DNA of 64,000 bases from Candidatus Tayloriibacteriota bacterium. GTDB taxonomy: Bacteria; Patescibacteriota; Minisyncoccia; Phycocordibacterales; PALSA-1337. The translations under genes and the position numbers were made by a program. Under the pieces are notes generated by a model. That model did not search any database. It saw only the letters and a list, made by a program, of their open reading frames with translations, and was not told the DNA's origin. Below, in pieces: positions 48,075 through 58,483 of this stretch. Positions within the stretch are counted from its first letter, which is position 1; each line of letters opens with the position of its first letter. The stretch lies in the NCBI GenBank assembly GCA_052034805.1, contig JBPOID010000001.1:28184-92183 (forward strand), in the 5' to 3' direction.

Positions 48075-51000
48075 ATGTCCCGATTTATCCATTTACACAC
48101 CCACAGTCATTATTCACTACTAAATGCTTTACCTAAAATAGATGATTTGATAGGAGAAGCAAAGAAAAATGGAATGCCTGCTTTAGCATTAACCGATGCC
48201 GGGAATCTATACGGAGCTATAGAATTCTATAAAACCTGCAAAAAGAAAGAAATAAAACCAATAATCGGTGTAGACTTTTATGTTGCTACGAGAAATAGAA
48301 AGGATATGCAAGCCGGTATAGATAATAGAAGAAATAGACTGGTTTTGCTTGCAAAAGATTATAATGGTTTTAAAAATCTAATAAAACTTGTAACGGATTC
48401 ATATCTAGAAGGATTTTATTATAAACCTCGTATAGATCGTGAACTTATAGAAAAATACAAAGATAATCTCGTATGCATATCACCTTCTTTCTCTGGTGAT
48501 ATAGCCCAAGCCATAAGAGCAAAGAATTATGATAAAGCAAAAGAATTAATATCATATTATAAAAATATATATGGCAATGAAAATTTCTTCATAGAAATAA
48601 CACGACATAATGAAATACAAGGTCATGAAGAAAATATGAAAGAGCTCATAAAGACAGCCCGCGAAACAAATACACAAATAGTGGGAGCTCATGATGTTTA
48701 CTATATTCATACCGAAGATCGAGAAGCTAGGAATACACTGATGCTTGTAAATACATCCCAAGACATAAGCGATAGGAATATAAGCGATGATGAAGAAGAT
48801 TTTTCATTTATTTCGAGTGAAAGAGCAGAAGAACTTTTCAAAGATATACCAGAAGCATTAGATAATACAAAAAAGATTGCAGAAATGTGTAATCTAGAAA
48901 TAACATTAGGAAAATGGTATTTCCCTAATTTCATAGTAGAGAATGGACTTTCTTATGATGATGAATTAAAGAGATTAGCTTATGAAGGAATAGATAAAAG
49001 AAAAATAGAAAGAACAGATGAAGCCATAAAACGTATTGAATATGAATTAAAAGTTATAAAAGATAAAGGATATGCTCAATATTTCTTGGTGGTATATGAT
49101 TTGCTTCATTATGCGCATGAAAATGGAATATTGACCAATATAAGAGGTTCTGTGGCGGGTTCATTGGTTACATATCTTACCGGTATTACAAATGTAGATC
49201 CATTGGAATACAAATTACCATTCGAAAGATTTCTAAATCCAGAAAGACCAAGTGCCCCAGATATAGATATGGACTTTGCAGATAATAGAAGAGATGAGGT
49301 TATAGAATATACAAGGAAAAAATATGGCCATGATAAAGTAGCACAGATAGGTACATTCGGTACTATGATGGCACGTGGCGCGGTACGCGATGTGGCGCGG
49401 GCAATGGGTTATCCATATGAAGTCGGAGACAAAATATCAAAACTAATACCCATGGGAGCACAAGGTTTCCCCATGACTATAGATAGAGCATTAGCAGAAG
49501 TAAATGAATTAAAAGAATTATATGAAAAGGATATTGATGTAAAGAAAATTATAGAAATGGCAAAGAAAATAGAAGGATGTGCAAGACATATCTCCGTTCA
49601 TGCCGCGGGAGTTGTGATTTCACCAGATGCCTTAACCGAGCATGTACCACTTCAATACGATACAAAAGGTGAAAATAAAATAATCACTCAATACGATATG
49701 CATGCCGTAGGTGAAGACGGAGTAGGACTTCTAAAATTCGATTTTCTAGGTATAAGAAATCTTTCAATACTTGCCGATGCAGTAGAAAGAGTAAAGAAAA
49801 TAGAGAATAAAATAATAGATATAGAAAATATACCATTAGATAATAAAAAGACTTTCGAAATGCTTGCCCTAGGAGAAACTATTGGATTATTCCAACTCAA
49901 TGGTAGCGGTATGACGAAATTCCTAGTGGAATTAAAACCCACAACAGTACATGATATAAACGCTATGGTTGCCCTATATCGTCCAGGACCGCTAGAAATG
50001 ATCCCTACATATATAGAGAGAAAGCATGATCCAAAGAAAATAGAATATCTAGATCCTAGAATGAAAGATATAGTAGATAAATCTTATGGAGTTATAACAT
50101 ATCAAGATGATGTGATGATGATAGCTATAAAGCTTGCAGGATATACATGGCTTGAAGCAGATAAACTAAGAAAAGCCATGGGTAAGAAAATCCCAAAGGA
50201 AATGCAAGAACAAAAAGAAAAGCTTCTAACAGGCTTTATAAAACATGGTAAGGATTTCGGTATGACAAAGAGAAAAGCAGATCAATTATGGAAACTCATA
50301 GAACCATTTGCCGCTTATGGATTCAATAAAGCACATGCAGCAAGCTATGGTCGTGTAGCGTATCAAACAGCATATATGAAAGCCAATTTCCCTGCTATAT
50401 ATATGTCTTCTGTATTAAGCGCAGAAAGCGGTGATGTAGAGAAAATAGCAGAAATAATCGGAGAATGTAAGCGTATGAAAATACCCATATTACCTCCAGA
50501 TATAAATGAAAGTTTCAGTCAATTCACAGTTATAAAGGGTGAAGATAATATTATAGAAGATCGTATTCGTTTTGGACTTATAACAATAAAGAATTTCGGT
50601 CAGGGCATAGCTACAGCGATAATATCCGAAAGAAGAAAGAATGGTAAATTCAAAAATCTTTCAGATTTCCTAGATAGAGTAAAAGATAAAAATTTAAATA
50701 AAAAATCCCTAGAAGCACTCATAAAATCAGGTGCCATGGATAGTCTGAACATAGATAGAGGAATATTATTAGGAAATATAGAAACAATACTTGAATATAA
50801 TAAAGAAAAAGGTAAACAAAGTGATAATCAAGATTCATTATTTGGATTAATGTCAGATCAAAGTACAGTACCAACACTTAGATTAAGAGATGATATACCA
50901 AAGGCAAGTTTGCAAGATAGATTAAGCTGGGAAAAAGAATTACTAGGATTATACATTTCTGGTCATCCACTTGATCCATATAGAGAAATAATACAAAAAA

Positions 51001-51287
51001 GAGATATAGATATAAAAAAGGCCTTAGAAAATAAAAAAGAAGGAGAAAGTGTAGTTATAGCAATGATAATAGATGAAATACGTACCACTCAAACGAAAAA
51101 TAATGAAACCATGGCATTTCTAAAAGTCTCAGATTTCACCGGCTCCGCTCCAGCTGTAATTTTCCCAAAAGCATATAGAGAATTCCGTTCTCTCATAGAA
51201 CCAGATTCATGCATAGCAGTAAAATGCACAATATACATAAGAAATGGTGAAAAAGGTTTTGTCTTTGAAAGAGCAAGGAAACTATAG
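48075..51287 (+). CDS. dnaE: DNA polymerase III alpha subunit
   Basis: HLHTHSHYSLL PHP domain, RGSVAGS, PDIDMDF, KFDFLG, YGFNKAHA. Confidence 0.97.
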   Translation: MSRFIHLHTHSHYSLLNALPKIDDLIGEAKKNGMPALALTDAGNLYGAIEFYKTCKKKEIKPIIGVDFYVATRNRKDMQAGIDNRRNRLVLLAKDYNGFKNLIKLVTDSYLEGFYYKPRIDRELIEKYKDNLVCISPSFSGDIAQAIRAKNYDKAKELISYYKNIYGNENFFIEITRHNEIQGHEENMKELIKTARETNTQIVGAHDVYYIHTEDREARNTLMLVNTSQDISDRNISDDEEDFSFISSERAEELFKDIPEALDNTKKIAEMCNLEITLGKWYFPNFIVENGLSYDDELKRLAYEGIDKRKIERTDEAIKRIEYELKVIKDKGYAQYFLVVYDLLHYAHENGILTNIRGSVAGSLVTYLTGITNVDPLEYKLPFERFLNPERPSAPDIDMDFADNRRDEVIEYTRKKYGHDKVAQIGTFGTMMARGAVRDVARAMGYPYEVGDKISKLIPMGAQGFPMTIDRALAEVNELKELYEKDIDVKKIIEMAKKIEGCARHISVHAAGVVISPDALTEHVPLQYDTKGENKIITQYDMHAVGEDGVGLLKFDFLGIRNLSILADAVERVKKIENKIIDIENIPLDNKKTFEMLALGETIGLFQLNGSGMTKFLVELKPTTVHDINAMVALYRPGPLEMIPTYIERKHDPKKIEYLDPRMKDIVDKSYGVITYQDDVMMIAIKLAGYTWLEADKLRKAMGKKIPKEMQEQKEKLLTGFIKHGKDFGMTKRKADQLWKLIEPFAAYGFNKAHAASYGRVAYQTAYMKANFPAIYMSSVLSAESGDVEKIAEIIGECKRMKIPILPPDINESFSQFTVIKGEDNIIEDRIRFGLITIKNFGQGIATAIISERRKNGKFKNLSDFLDRVKDKNLNKKSLEALIKSGAMDSLNIDRGILLGNIETILEYNKEKGKQSDNQDSLFGLMSDQSTVPTLRLRDDIPKASLQDRLSWEKELLGLYISGHPLDPYREIIQKRDIDIKKALENKKEGESVVIAMIIDEIRTTQTKNNETMAFLKVSDFTGSAPAVIFPKAYREFRSLIEPDSCIAVKCTIYIRNGEKGFVFERARKL

Positions 51288-51299
51288 TATTATTACGCT

Positions 51300-53057
51300 A
51301 TGAATAAAGAAAATAATTTAGAACATATACGCCATACTCTAGCTCATTTATTAGCAAGTGCAGTATTAGAACTATATCCAAATACAAAAAACACCATAGG
51401 ACCGGCTATAGATAACGGCTTTTATTATGATTTTGAATTCCCTAACGATATAAAATTATCTGATAAAGACCTAAAAGACATAGAGAAGAAAATGAAAAAG
51501 AGTCTTAATTCATGGAAAGAATTTACTCATAAAGAATTAAATGAAAAAGAAGCCAAAGCTCATTTCAAAGATAATCCTTATAAAATAGAACTTATAGATG
51601 AAATAATAAAAAAGGGAGAAAAAATAACCCTTTATACTTGTGGAGGATTCACAGATCTTTGTCGTGGAGGACATTCCGAAAATCCAAATAAAGAAATAAA
51701 TCCAGATAGTTTCAAATTATCCCATATAGCAGGAGCATATTGGCGTGGAGATGAGAAAAACAAAATGTTAACTCGTATATACGGACTAGCTTTCGAAACA
51801 AAAGAAAGATTAGATGAATACGAAACTAAAATAGAAGAAAATAAAAAACGTGATCATAAGAAATTAGGTAAAGAACTAGACTTATTCTTGATAGATGAAG
51901 AAGTCGGTAAAGGATTACCAATGTGGACACCAAAAGGTACAATTATTAAATTCGCCTTAGAACAATTCACAAGAGATCTAGAAAGAAAATATGGTTATGA
52001 TCATGTTTCAACACCATATCTTGGAAGTGAAAGACTATATGAAAAATCCGGACACCTAGAGCATTACAAGAAAAACATGTATGCACCTATAGATATGGAT
52101 GGTGATATATTCTATCTTAGACCAATGGCTTGTCCACATCATATAAGAATGTTACTTAGAAAACCATTGAGCTATAGAGATCTTCCGGTACGTTATGCTG
52201 AAATTGCTGATTATAATCGTTATGAAAAATCAGGTGAACTTATGGGAATGATACGTCTGAGAAAATTCCAACTCACAGATGCTCACATATTCGTAACACC
52301 CGAAGGATTAAAAGAAGAATTCAAAAATGTATGTCGTCTAATACAAGAAGGAATGATAGGTTTGGGATTGAATAATTCAGTTACTTATCGTTTTTCTAAA
52401 CGTGATGAAAATAATAAAGAAAAATACTATCCAGATGATACATTATGGGAAAAGGCAGAAAGTGTAATGAAAGAAGCATTGGATGAAATAGGGTTAAAAT
52501 ATACAGAAGCAAAAGATGAAGCAGCTTTCTATGGACCAAAGTTAGATGTGCAAGCCTCAAATGTTAATGGTAAAGAAGATACTTTATTTACAGCGCAAAT
52601 AGATTTTCTTTTACCAGAAAAATTCAATATAAATTATATGGCAGAAGATGGAACAAAAAAGCGTGTAGTGATGATACATCGTTCAGCCATAGGTGCATTA
52701 GAAAGAACTTTTGCATTCCTCATAGAACATTATGGTGGTAATTTCCCTCTTTGGCTTTCTCCAATACAAGTAAAAGTAATACCAGTATCAGAATCTCATC
52801 ATGAAAAAGCCGATGAAATATACGAGAAATTAAAAGAAAATATGATAAGAGCTGAAATAGATTTATCGAAAGATAGTTTCGGCAAGAAAATTCGTGAAGC
52901 AAAGGTAATGCGTATTCCTTATTTTATAATCATAGGAGACAAAGATATGGAAATAGGAAAAGTAACTCTAGAAAGTCGTGATAATGGCCAAATAGGTCAA
53001 ATGAAAGCAGAAGAAGTAGTGGAAAAAATAGTAAAAGAAATAAAAGAAAGAAAATAG
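51300..53057 (+). CDS. thrS: Threonine--tRNA ligase (lacks TGS domain)
   Basis: RHTLAH, DLCRGGH, AGAYWRGD, RDHKKLG, RPMACPHH, AFYGPKLD, IHRS. Confidence 0.97.
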   Translation: MNKENNLEHIRHTLAHLLASAVLELYPNTKNTIGPAIDNGFYYDFEFPNDIKLSDKDLKDIEKKMKKSLNSWKEFTHKELNEKEAKAHFKDNPYKIELIDEIIKKGEKITLYTCGGFTDLCRGGHSENPNKEINPDSFKLSHIAGAYWRGDEKNKMLTRIYGLAFETKERLDEYETKIEENKKRDHKKLGKELDLFLIDEEVGKGLPMWTPKGTIIKFALEQFTRDLERKYGYDHVSTPYLGSERLYEKSGHLEHYKKNMYAPIDMDGDIFYLRPMACPHHIRMLLRKPLSYRDLPVRYAEIADYNRYEKSGELMGMIRLRKFQLTDAHIFVTPEGLKEEFKNVCRLIQEGMIGLGLNNSVTYRFSKRDENNKEKYYPDDTLWEKAESVMKEALDEIGLKYTEAKDEAAFYGPKLDVQASNVNGKEDTLFTAQIDFLLPEKFNINYMAEDGTKKRVVMIHRSAIGALERTFAFLIEHYGGNFPLWLSPIQVKVIPVSESHHEKADEIYEKLKENMIRAEIDLSKDSFGKKIREAKVMRIPYFIIIGDKDMEIGKVTLESRDNGQIGQMKAEEVVEKIVKEIKERK

Positions 53058-53089
53058 TAAAAAATAGGAAATAAAAATAATGTATACAT

Positions 53090-53123
53090 AAGATAAAAGC
53101 CCTATTTCTAGGGCTTTTATCTT
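53090..53123. terminator. Bidirectional terminator hairpin
   Basis: AAGATAAAAGCCCTA-TTTC-TAGGGCTTTTATCTT between convergent genes. Confidence 0.85.
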
Positions 53124-53156
53124 TAGAATTATATTTGGAGCGAACACCCGCCTTTA

Positions 53157-54575
53157 TTACATTTTCTTCTTATTCATAAGAAGATAAATAACAGTACCGA
53201 ACAATATCAGTATTACTATTATTGCTATCCATCCCCAAGGTACTCCCTTTAGGGATAATAGTGTAGCAGCAGATAAATCAGAATTATTTGAATTTGAATT
53301 ATTTGCTAAATTATTATTCTTATTATTTGAAGCAACATTTGAATTTGTTTTCTTTGAAGCTATACCAGAACTTATATATACAGTATTTTCACAATTTCTT
53401 GATTTACTTATACCGTTTTGAGATGTTACTGTAACTATTGCGCTCTTTGTACCAGTATTAGAATATGAAGTTACAAGAGAACTACCATTGCCTGATATTC
53501 CATCTGTACCTGACCAAGAATATGAATAATTCTGTCCTAGAGGAGCAACTTCAACTGTCCAAGTAACTGGAGTATTAACATTTGCTGATACTCTTCCTGC
53601 TGAACAAGCTATTTGCATATCATTAGGATTAGTATTATATGCATAATTATTATTGTAATAATATCCTACAGTATTACCTGTAACGTTTACAGATGAACAT
53701 TGTACATTTATTTGATAACCATTTGAATTAACATAAACAGAAGCTGATTTTAATCCTGGATTACCATAATACATATTTATAGAACTATCTGTACCAGAAA
53801 GTCCATCTGTACCTGACCAAGAATATGAATAATATCCATTTCCTCCAGAGGCAAATACTCTCCATGTTATTGTAGAACCTGTATTTGCATAAGTTATATT
53901 TGGACTACATGTAGCATATAACTGATTATTGCTGTAATAATTATTGTTGTAATTATTATAATAATTATTTACATTAACGGAGTTATTACAATTAGCAGAA
54001 GCTGTATAACCTCCCGAACTTACAGTAACACTAGCAGTCTTTGTACCAGAATAACCATAAGTTCTAGATATACTTGAACTGTATCCAGAAAGTGAATCTG
54101 TACCATACCAATTATAATTGTATGATCCATTTCCACCTGATACATTTGCTATCCATGTTGTACTATCTCCTACATTTATATTTGTATTTGTAGTATAACA
54201 ACTTACTGATAAATTATTATAATTATTGTTGTAATTATTATTATAATAGATTCCATTATCTGGAACATATATACCGCGAGGTACATAAGCTACTCTATTA
54301 TCATAATTATTATTATAATGAGATGTATATAATCCAGGAGTATTGTTTACAACTGTATTACTTGTATTGTTATTATTGTTATTACTATTTGTATTAGTAA
54401 TATTTTGAACTGTAGGTTGTGAATCAGAATCGTCATCACAACTAAATAGACAAAATGGATCTATAGGATTTAGAGGGTTAAAGGTAATAGCATTAGCCTT
54501 TATTGGGGCAAATACTATACTTGCGACGAATATAAATGTCGCAAAAAGACTTAATTTAAGTATATTTTGATTCAT
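53157..54575 (-). CDS. Asn/Tyr-rich surface protein with three PKD/Ig-like repeats and C-terminal TM anchor
   Basis: Signal peptide; repeated TW..Y.Y.W.GTD..SG..G.K.A.V modules; C-terminal hydrophobic helix plus KKK. Confidence 0.8.
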   Translation of the reverse strand: MNQNILKLSLFATFIFVASIVFAPIKANAITFNPLNPIDPFCLFSCDDDSDSQPTVQNITNTNSNNNNNNTSNTVVNNTPGLYTSHYNNNYDNRVAYVPRGIYVPDNGIYYNNNYNNNYNNLSVSCYTTNTNINVGDSTTWIANVSGGNGSYNYNWYGTDSLSGYSSSISRTYGYSGTKTASVTVSSGGYTASANCNNSVNVNNYYNNYNNNYYSNNQLYATCSPNITYANTGSTITWRVFASGGNGYYSYSWSGTDGLSGTDSSINMYYGNPGLKSASVYVNSNGYQINVQCSSVNVTGNTVGYYYNNNYAYNTNPNDMQIACSAGRVSANVNTPVTWTVEVAPLGQNYSYSWSGTDGISGNGSSLVTSYSNTGTKSAIVTVTSQNGISKSRNCENTVYISSGIASKKTNSNVASNNKNNNLANNSNSNNSDLSAATLLSLKGVPWGWIAIIVILILFGTVIYLLMNKKKM

Positions 54576-54630
54576 ATATTAGGTATTTAGTTATTATTTA
54601 ACTAACACGCACATTGTATACTATTTGAGA

Positions 54631-56739
54631 TTAAATGTCAATAGTTGCCTTTTTTGCATTACTTTGTATGAACATTTTCCTAGAAGGTACATCTGTACCC
54701 ATAAGCATATCAAAGACTTTATCTGCATCCTGAGCATCATCTATACTTACTTTTTTCAATATTCTATTCTCAGGATCCATAGTTGTTTCCCAGAGCTCAT
54801 CAGCATTCATTTCTCCAAGACCCTTGTAACGTTGTATATGTATTTTGCTTTTCTTGTTTTTTGTATCTTCTTCTATTTCTTCCTCTGCTTCTGCTCTTTC
54901 TAATAATTCTTCTCTCTGATCTTCATTTTCATCTATTTCATTTATTTCATCTATTTCTTTTCCTAAAGCTTTTACTTTTTCTTCTTCTGAATAGAAATAC
55001 ATTATCTCTTTACCCTTTTTCACTTTGTATAGAGGTGGTTGAGCTATATATACATATCCACCTTCTATAAGAGGTTTGAAATATCTATAAAGTAAAGTGA
55101 GTATAAGTGTTCTTATGTGAGCACCGTCAACATCTGCATCTGTAGCGAGTATTATTTTGTGATAACGAAGTTTTGAAATATCAAATGTATCACCAATAGC
55201 AGTACCGAATGCTAATACTAGATTCTTTATTTGTTCAGAACCTAACATACGATCTAGACGAGCTCTTTCTATATTCAAAATCTTTCCTCTAAGTGGAAGT
55301 ATAGCTTGAATACGACGATCACGTCCTGTCTTTGCGGTACCACCAGCAGAATCTCCCTCCACAATAAAGATTTCGGATTCCGAAGCATCATGACTTTGGC
55401 AATCAGCGAGTTTGCCAGGTAAAGTCATACCTTCTAAAGCGCCTTTTCTCAATACACTGTCCTTTGCAGCCTTTGCAGCTTTGCGAGCTTTCATGGCCAA
55501 AACAACTTTTGTTACTATTGCTCTTGCGTCTTCTGGATTCTCTTCTAGGAAAGCACTGAAGGATTCACCAAATACAGAAGCCACTGCACCTTGTGCTTCT
55601 ACTGAACCTAGTTTTGCCTTGGTCTGACCTTCGAATTGTATTTCGCGTAATTTTACGGATACAACTGCTGTTAAGCCTTCCATAACGTCATCACCTGTGA
55701 AATTATCTTCACCTCCCTCTTTCGCTAGATTATTATTTTTCGCATAGGTGTTAAGAGTACGAGTAAGAGCTGTCTTGAATCCGGTAAGATGGGTACCACC
55801 TTCAGGATTAAATATGGTATTTGCAAAAGCTAGAACGCGCGCGGAGATGTCATCCGCGTATTGCAAAGCTATTTCTACTGATTCTACTCCGTCTGTTTTC
55901 TTTTCTATATAGAAAATATTCTTATGAATAGGCTTTAACATTTGATTTGTAAACTTTACAAGAGAAGAAAGTCCACCTTCAAAATAGAAAGTATTAGAAG
56001 AAACTTGTAAATTCAAATCTTTTAGATAAAAGACACTTTCATCTATTTCTAAAGCACCTTGTTTATCGAATTTTAATTCTTCACCAACATAGTCTCTAGC
56101 GTCTATAGTTGTTATTCTAAGGCCTTTTGTAAGATATGCTTGCTGGCGTAGATAATTCACTATTCTAGCAAAATCGAATTTAACTTCTTTGAAAATCTCT
56201 ATATCTGGTTCAAAAGTAACTATTGTTCCGCTTGATTTTGTATTAGCTATTTTCTTTACATTTGCCTTTTTCTTTCCTTGAGAATATTCCTGCATGTACA
56301 CACCACCGTCTTTATGAGATATAACTTGAGTATAGATAGACAAAGCATTCACCACAGACGCTCCCACACCATGTAGACCTCCAGAAACTCTATAACCAGT
56401 TTCTTCTCCACCGAACTTTCCTCCGGCATGTAGCACAGTCATGATAGTCTCTAGAGCAGAGACCTTTGTGGTTTTGTGTATATCAACTGGTATACCACGT
56501 CCATTATCTACTATTCTGACGCGATTATGAGGCAATAAAGCTACTTCTATATCATTTGCATAACCTCCCATGGCCTCATCTCTGGAATTATCGAAAATCT
56601 CATTTATAAGATGATGAAGTCCATCAGGACCAGTAGTACCTATATACATTCCAGGGCGACGACGTACCGGCTCTAGACCTTCTAGAACCTGTATCGAATC
56701 CGCACCATAATTGTCTTTTTCTTTCTTTTCTTTTGCCAT
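54631..56739 (-). CDS. gyrB: DNA gyrase subunit B
   Basis: RRPGMYIG, DNGRGIP, LHAGGKF, EGDSAGG, PLRGK, TDADVDG, QRYKGLGEM. Confidence 0.97.
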   Translation of the reverse strand: MAKEKKEKDNYGADSIQVLEGLEPVRRRPGMYIGTTGPDGLHHLINEIFDNSRDEAMGGYANDIEVALLPHNRVRIVDNGRGIPVDIHKTTKVSALETIMTVLHAGGKFGGEETGYRVSGGLHGVGASVVNALSIYTQVISHKDGGVYMQEYSQGKKKANVKKIANTKSSGTIVTFEPDIEIFKEVKFDFARIVNYLRQQAYLTKGLRITTIDARDYVGEELKFDKQGALEIDESVFYLKDLNLQVSSNTFYFEGGLSSLVKFTNQMLKPIHKNIFYIEKKTDGVESVEIALQYADDISARVLAFANTIFNPEGGTHLTGFKTALTRTLNTYAKNNNLAKEGGEDNFTGDDVMEGLTAVVSVKLREIQFEGQTKAKLGSVEAQGAVASVFGESFSAFLEENPEDARAIVTKVVLAMKARKAAKAAKDSVLRKGALEGMTLPGKLADCQSHDASESEIFIVEGDSAGGTAKTGRDRRIQAILPLRGKILNIERARLDRMLGSEQIKNLVLAFGTAIGDTFDISKLRYHKIILATDADVDGAHIRTLILTLLYRYFKPLIEGGYVYIAQPPLYKVKKGKEIMYFYSEEEKVKALGKEIDEINEIDENEDQREELLERAEAEEEIEEDTKNKKSKIHIQRYKGLGEMNADELWETTMDPENRILKKVSIDDAQDADKVFDMLMGTDVPSRKMFIQSNAKKATIDI

Positions 56740-56839
56740 AATTTTGTAGATAAATTATAACAAATTATAGTGCAATTTGCACCTTTACAAAAAGCATAAA
56801 ATCTTTACTTTTTTGCCATTTTTATCTACACTATGTGTT

Positions 56840-57973
56840 ATGAAAAACTATATAATATCTCGCGATGAGGAAAAACTATTATTAGATAAATTCAATAAAA
56901 GAGAAGATATAGAAGCAAAGAGAATAAAGGGATATCTTGCTATGGCTGATTTATCTAGAACTCCAGGTGGACCATTAAACGATATAATGAAAAGAGTAAC
57001 AACTCTACCTTTACTCAAAGACTTTGATCATATAGATATACCAGAAGTTATACCTACAAGTATTCTATTTGATTTATTCAATTTTGCTCCAGATCATCCT
57101 GCTAGAAGTAAAAGTGATACTTATTATATAGATTCAAATAATGTTCTTAGAACTCATGATACTGTGATGTGGTATTACTATTTGAATCTTCCAGAAATAA
57201 AAGAAAAAATAGCTAAAAAGGAATCCTTCGGAGTTATGTGTTATGGAAAAGTATATAGAAAAGATGAAATAGATCGTCATCATATGAATATATTCCATCA
57301 AATGGGTGGGCTTTATCTAGTTCCTGATAGTGAAAAAACTCTTGTATTAGATGATTTGAAAAATGTATTATCCGAAATAGTACAAAGTGTATTCGGAAAG
57401 GATACCAAGTTTAGATTTAATCCAGATACATTCCCATATACAGATCCATCACTTGAGGTAGAAGTAAATATAAATGATCAATGGATAGAAATATTAGGCG
57501 GAGGAATGCCTAGAAAGACCGTATTAAAGGATTTCGGCATAGAAGGATATAATGGCTGGGCATTCGGATTCGGACTTGAGAGATTGGCTATAATCAGTAT
57601 GCAATTACCGGATATAAGACTTCTATGGTCAAAGGATCCTAGAGTAACAAAACAATTAAAAATCGGTAATAAATTCATAGAAGTAAGCAAATATCCCCCA
57701 GTAGTAAGAGATATATCATTTATTGTTAAAAATGATTTTATACCTAATGATTATTTCGATCTTGTACGCGAAACAGCGCCAAACCTAGTAGAAGAAGTTG
57801 AATTGATAGATAAATATGAAAATACAAATAAATTCGGTGAAGGAAAAATAAGCTATGCTTATCGCATAACATATAGATCATTGGATAAAACTCTAACAAA
57901 TGAAGAAGTTGATTCTATACACAAGAAAATAGAAGCTGAAACAATAAAATCTTTCGGAGCTGTTATACGCTAA
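56840..57973 (+). CDS. pheS: Phenylalanine--tRNA ligase catalytic domain fused to FDX-ACB anticodon-binding domain (mitochondrial-type architecture)
   Basis: HPARSKSDTYY, LRTH, GKVYRKDEIDRHH, FHQM, FPYTDPS, GWAFGFGLERLA; C-terminal SKYPPVVRDISF..YRSLDKTLT. Confidence 0.92.
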   Translation: MKNYIISRDEEKLLLDKFNKREDIEAKRIKGYLAMADLSRTPGGPLNDIMKRVTTLPLLKDFDHIDIPEVIPTSILFDLFNFAPDHPARSKSDTYYIDSNNVLRTHDTVMWYYYLNLPEIKEKIAKKESFGVMCYGKVYRKDEIDRHHMNIFHQMGGLYLVPDSEKTLVLDDLKNVLSEIVQSVFGKDTKFRFNPDTFPYTDPSLEVEVNINDQWIEILGGGMPRKTVLKDFGIEGYNGWAFGFGLERLAIISMQLPDIRLLWSKDPRVTKQLKIGNKFIEVSKYPPVVRDISFIVKNDFIPNDYFDLVRETAPNLVEEVELIDKYENTNKFGEGKISYAYRITYRSLDKTLTNEEVDSIHKKIEAETIKSFGAVIR

Positions 57974-57986
57974 CCTATCTCGTTAC

Positions 57987-58062
57987 TGGAGCCACCTCCC
58001 AGACTTGAACTGGGGACCTTCGCTTTACAAAAGCGTTGCTCTACCAACTGAGCTAAGGTGGC
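57987..58062 (-). tRNA. tRNA-Thr(UGU)
   Basis: GCCACCTTAGCTCAGTTGGTAGAGCAACGCTTTTGTAAAGCGAAGGTCCCCAGTTCAAGTCTGGGAGGTGGCTCCA; cloverleaf, anticodon TGT, encoded CCA. Confidence 0.96.
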
Positions 58063-58084
58063 AATATTCGGAAATACTAATATT

Positions 58085-58468
58085 CTATGACTTCTCTTCT
58101 CCTATTCTTTTCAAATAAAATGAAGCACCATTATTCTTTACTGCAACACCTCTACCTCTAACCATATCTAAGACTTTCTTTGAATGTGGATAAGAATGGG
58201 CTACAGAACGCATGGATATATATGTTCCACGTATCCATGAAAGAATATGATAAGCTATCCATTGCATAAGTGCAATAGCACTATGTCTATTTATATATGA
58301 AATTATTCTTCGTGTAAATACATAAACAGAAGAGACCTTGTGATCAGTCTTCTCTGCTAATGATGATAACCATAATTTCTTATTAGTCTTCATCTCATAT
58401 GATTTCAGACTAATCATAATTATAATAGCTATTGCCGATATAAAAAATGAAATCATTGATACTGTCAT
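58085..58468 (-). CDS. Hypothetical membrane-anchored protein
   Basis: N-terminal hydrophobic helix; follows tsf. Confidence 0.7.
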   Translation of the reverse strand: MTVSMISFFISAIAIIIMISLKSYEMKTNKKLWLSSLAEKTDHKVSSVYVFTRRIISYINRHSAIALMQWIAYHILSWIRGTYISMRSVAHSYPHSKKVLDMVRGRGVAVKNNGASFYLKRIGEEKS

Positions 58469-58483
58469 ATATTTATATGAATT

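Noticed and set aside
53500-53833. Intragenic duplication as a DGR template/variable repeat
   Set aside because: Copies are in-frame protein repeats without adenine-specific differences; no reverse transcriptase in the window
54860-54970. Acidic insertion in GyrB as an intein or mobile insert
   Set aside because: Short, no intein terminal motifs, and located at the usual variable TOPRIM insertion site
57987-58062. tRNA-Thr as an island integration site
   Set aside because: Flanked directly by core genes; no duplicated 3' end or integrase seen
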